DNA of 18,724 bases from Candidatus Fraserbacteria bacterium (GTDB lineage Bacteria; Bipolaricaulota; Bipolaricaulia; RBG-16-55-9; JANLFV01), in the NCBI GenBank assembly GCA_037446135.1, contig JBBIJD010000033.1, positions 1 to 18,724 on the forward strand, given 5' to 3'. Shown here one piece after another: positions 17,401-18,724 of the stretch. The notes under the pieces were generated by a model that did no database searches, was not told where the DNA came from, and worked only from the letters and a program-made list of their open reading frames with translations. A program made the position numbers and the translations under genes. Numbering within the stretch: position 1 is the stretch's first letter; every line of letters starts with the position of its first letter.

Positions 17401-18560
17401 AGCTCGACCTCTTCTACGCGCTCGAGCGGATCGACGACCGCGATCGCGACGAGGGCGAGAAGGACGGCTTCGATGAGCTGAGGCATGAGCTCTCCGGGGC
17501 CCTCAGCGGCTCATTCTTCGCCGAGCGGCTCGACCTCACACTGGACTACGGCCTGAGCTCATCGCTCAATTTAAGGTTGGCCGGCCGGGCCGGGCTCGAT
17601 CAGCGGTTGAAGGGGAAGGCCGAGCTCCACCTCCTCCCAGGGCTGGACCTCATCGGGCAGTATGGGCGGACAGCCAAGACCACCCGTTACAGCCGCGGGC
17701 GGGAGCGGAGCTGGGGGAGCGAAGAGCTGGGCCTCTCCCTCAACTGGGCCCTCAGTCTACCCTTCGGCTCGGCCAATGCCAAATACAACTGGCTAGGAGG
17801 CCGCTCGCTCCCACTCGAGGAGGGGGAAGCCGAGGCCAGCCAAGATGGCCAGCTAGCCTTGGAGTTCGCCGCGCTCTCGCTCGGCGGGCTAGCCCTCTAT
17901 CCCCGCGGGACCATCTCTTTCCAGCAGGAGGCGGGCCGGCTCAGCCTCACCGGTGAGGGGGGCCTGCGGGGGGAGCTGGGGGCCTTCAAGGCCCAGGCGA
18001 ATTACAAGCTCACGGCCGGGCTCGACCGCTGGAGCAATCGGGAAGACTATACGAACAACCTCGCCTTCCATCTCGACTTCGCTGGCTGGAAGGATCTTGC
18101 CCCGAGCCTCGACTTCTCGGGGACCCTCCGAATCTTGAGCCACCCCAGCTATGGGACCAAGCGGCTGGAGAACTGGACCGCGACCGCCGGGCTGGGATGG
18201 AAGGGCTCGACCGCGAGCTTCAGCCTCGCGAACAACCTCACCCTCTCCCTAGCCAGGGTGAAGGAGGAGCGCGAGGACACCTTCTCCTGCTCCTTGAAAG
18301 AGGCCGCGAGCCTGGGCTTCTCGTTCCTCCCGCCGCTTGCCATCTCTCTCGAGGCCAATGCCCGCTATCTGCGGGGCGAGCGGAGCAAGAAGCCCCTGGA
18401 CGGCCTGGAGAGCGAGCTGGTCTTGAAGGGGAACTACAAGCTCCGGGGCAATTGGGAGGCAGCGGGCCTGGTCGGCTATGTCTTGAACATCGACCGGCTC
18501 GATGAGGAGGGCTCCTACCAGAGCCTCTACCTCTCGGCCCAGTTAGCGACCACCTTCTGA
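14418..18560 (+). CDS. Large (~1380 aa) SprA/Sov-like outer-membrane protein with inserted beta-propeller
   Basis: Signal peptide ending AFA-Q; SprA-like segments SIKYRGKDLEGEFGDF...SLKGL...GLPQSKVFHG and YLLGLSIAQGSERVYLNGKLLQRDVDYTIDYETGAL; propeller blade repeats; many amphipathic strands; terminal LYLSAQLATTF. The true start is one of the ATGs at 14418-14457; the track's 14169 start is inside the upstream gene. Confidence 0.68.
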   Translation: MEMKMMKMKKMIVMLPLLLALALLFFGATRAFAQAQVQAQTPSERLEEGPLSLSATGRVSWLVKYGIGDSRGLTDRGYANQILLEQALSVDAEGGVRIEWPLAGVLSLSAHLDNQKAENLQLLSIKYRGKDLEGEFGDFTVAGNTDFTGYDKSLKGLSIEWTPRDDLQVRSVLARVEGLPQSKVFHGNTSPATVTFMLYEPEQRWVERPYLLNIRGLEYYKISGFVPGFTELGLVFRPDQGLKDLLGAYGLGYLFSTIKEAPQKEVDSADYVVVTRQGEQFLLLMREALELLRGALKGYIDDYNEAQGLSAEERKEYPLDEGSEYELGFFKGLIAGYVLLTLDGTDLQLDAFERERFYYLGYQDLDPDSVAVEVKLGENDFIPITDPSLFDYDYYLFPEEGLIELAFPAAFFAALEENQVKVSFSYAVPGGLYLLGLSIAQGSERVYLNGKLLQRDVDYTIDYETGALLLFQELGPEDELRIDYEIYRGGLGGATEYKRNLAGLLLSYNPAPFLTVSLDLLQAADSPAGVSDWSTLRSMPNDHLVGGLSAKLDLGGLKGDLELGYNYNRFPFDDNERKNRLNRINAIRAISYQGREYILFGDQNGLIVFEVEGGKWRALGPAEGLAGRSVRDIAVGNDVIVFATDSGISLLQLEGEDPFAILANWRRFYSQDGLVSQDVYAALIQDGVLYLGTDEGLNRVPLERISEEESWEVYQQGTYPEMVSDQILKLAGDGQFVYLGTPSGLMIFDPSTESFTVPPELAAARINDLAASGPVVLVATELGVRAFDRGKGMGWLTLEPARAVAAFAGQVWRGTEEGLYRLGPGSSESEPIIRGKVTALGGAKAGLWVGTEATADYELTLWEVVDAAGAARSYPQQKTHIEGEDQQHFEDIPAAEHTDWGPALSLILSQELGKLELKGAFQALSPKFTTLGSEERQDIRGWSLEGTYNFSEALSLALKHEADLEDAELAKTDQSVQPSYSEKDSVDLHWDFGPKLDLFYALERIDDRDRDEGEKDGFDELRHELSGALSGSFFAERLDLTLDYGLSSSLNLRLAGRAGLDQRLKGKAELHLLPGLDLIGQYGRTAKTTRYSRGRERSWGSEELGLSLNWALSLPFGSANAKYNWLGGRSLPLEEGEAEASQDGQLALEFAALSLGGLALYPRGTISFQQEAGRLSLTGEGGLRGELGAFKAQANYKLTAGLDRWSNREDYTNNLAFHLDFAGWKDLAPSLDFSGTLRILSHPSYGTKRLENWTATAGLGWKGSTASFSLANNLTLSLARVKEEREDTFSCSLKEAASLGFSFLPPLAISLEANARYLRGERSKKPLDGLESELVLKGNYKLRGNWEAAGLVGYVLNIDRLDEEGSYQSLYLSAQLATTF

Positions 18561-18586
18561 CTGATCTAGCCTAGCTAGGTCTAAGT

Positions 18587-18724
18587 CTAGGGGTCGAGAT
18601 TGAAAGCCGCGGCGAACCCGAGGAGATGGGAGAGCGGGAGCTGGGGGTGGGCCGAGAAGGCATAATCGACCTGGAAGCCCTTCAAGGCGAGGCCCAACCC
18701 GAGGGCGAAGGAGGTCCGCCGCCC
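18587..18724 (-). CDS. C-terminal 45 aa of a second PorV/PorQ-like beta-barrel gene (5' part beyond the right edge)
   Basis: Manual translation GRRTSFALGLGLALKGFQVDYAFSAHPQLPLSHLLGFAAAFNLDP* aligns without gaps to the end of the 13507-14415 protein (GLTLGSSVWVKALRLDWAYALHPFLPDSSRLSLTLRF). Confidence 0.65.
   Translation of the reverse strand, partial: GRRTSFALGLGLALKGFQVDYAFSAHPQLPLSHLLGFAAAFNLDP

Noticed and set aside
1..18724. Recurrent CTCGAG/GAGCTC/CGATCG as a repeat family or CRISPR-like array
   Set aside because: Irregularly spaced, inside genes and explained by CTC/GAG/ATC codon preference; no repeat-spacer periodicity, tRNA, rRNA or transposase seen.

Overview
GC-rich bacterial chromosomal window with dense coding and no mobile element, CRISPR array or RNA gene that I can see. 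The left two-thirds is housekeeping and envelope: divergent kbl (runs off the left edge, absent from the ORF track) and SDR-type L-threonine dehydrogenase; a probable lipoprotein with an internal duplication and a PKD domain; an rplI - phosphodiester glycosidase - murJ operon; and a convergent ftsH - dxr - Cys-rich protein operon. The right third (11063-18724) is the highlight: a compact type IX secretion (T9SS)-like locus. It encodes an S8 protease with a C-terminal T9SS type A/FlgD-Ig-like sorting domain, a PorV/PorQ-family beta-barrel, and a ~1380-aa SprA-like outer-membrane protein with an inserted beta-propeller. The 3' end of a second PorV/PorQ-like gene lies on the opposite strand and is also missing from the ORF track. 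No PorK/L/M/N motor genes are in the window. By eye the window appears to lack ACGT and GTAC entirely. All family calls come from motif recognition by eye; no searches were run and the taxonomy is not established.
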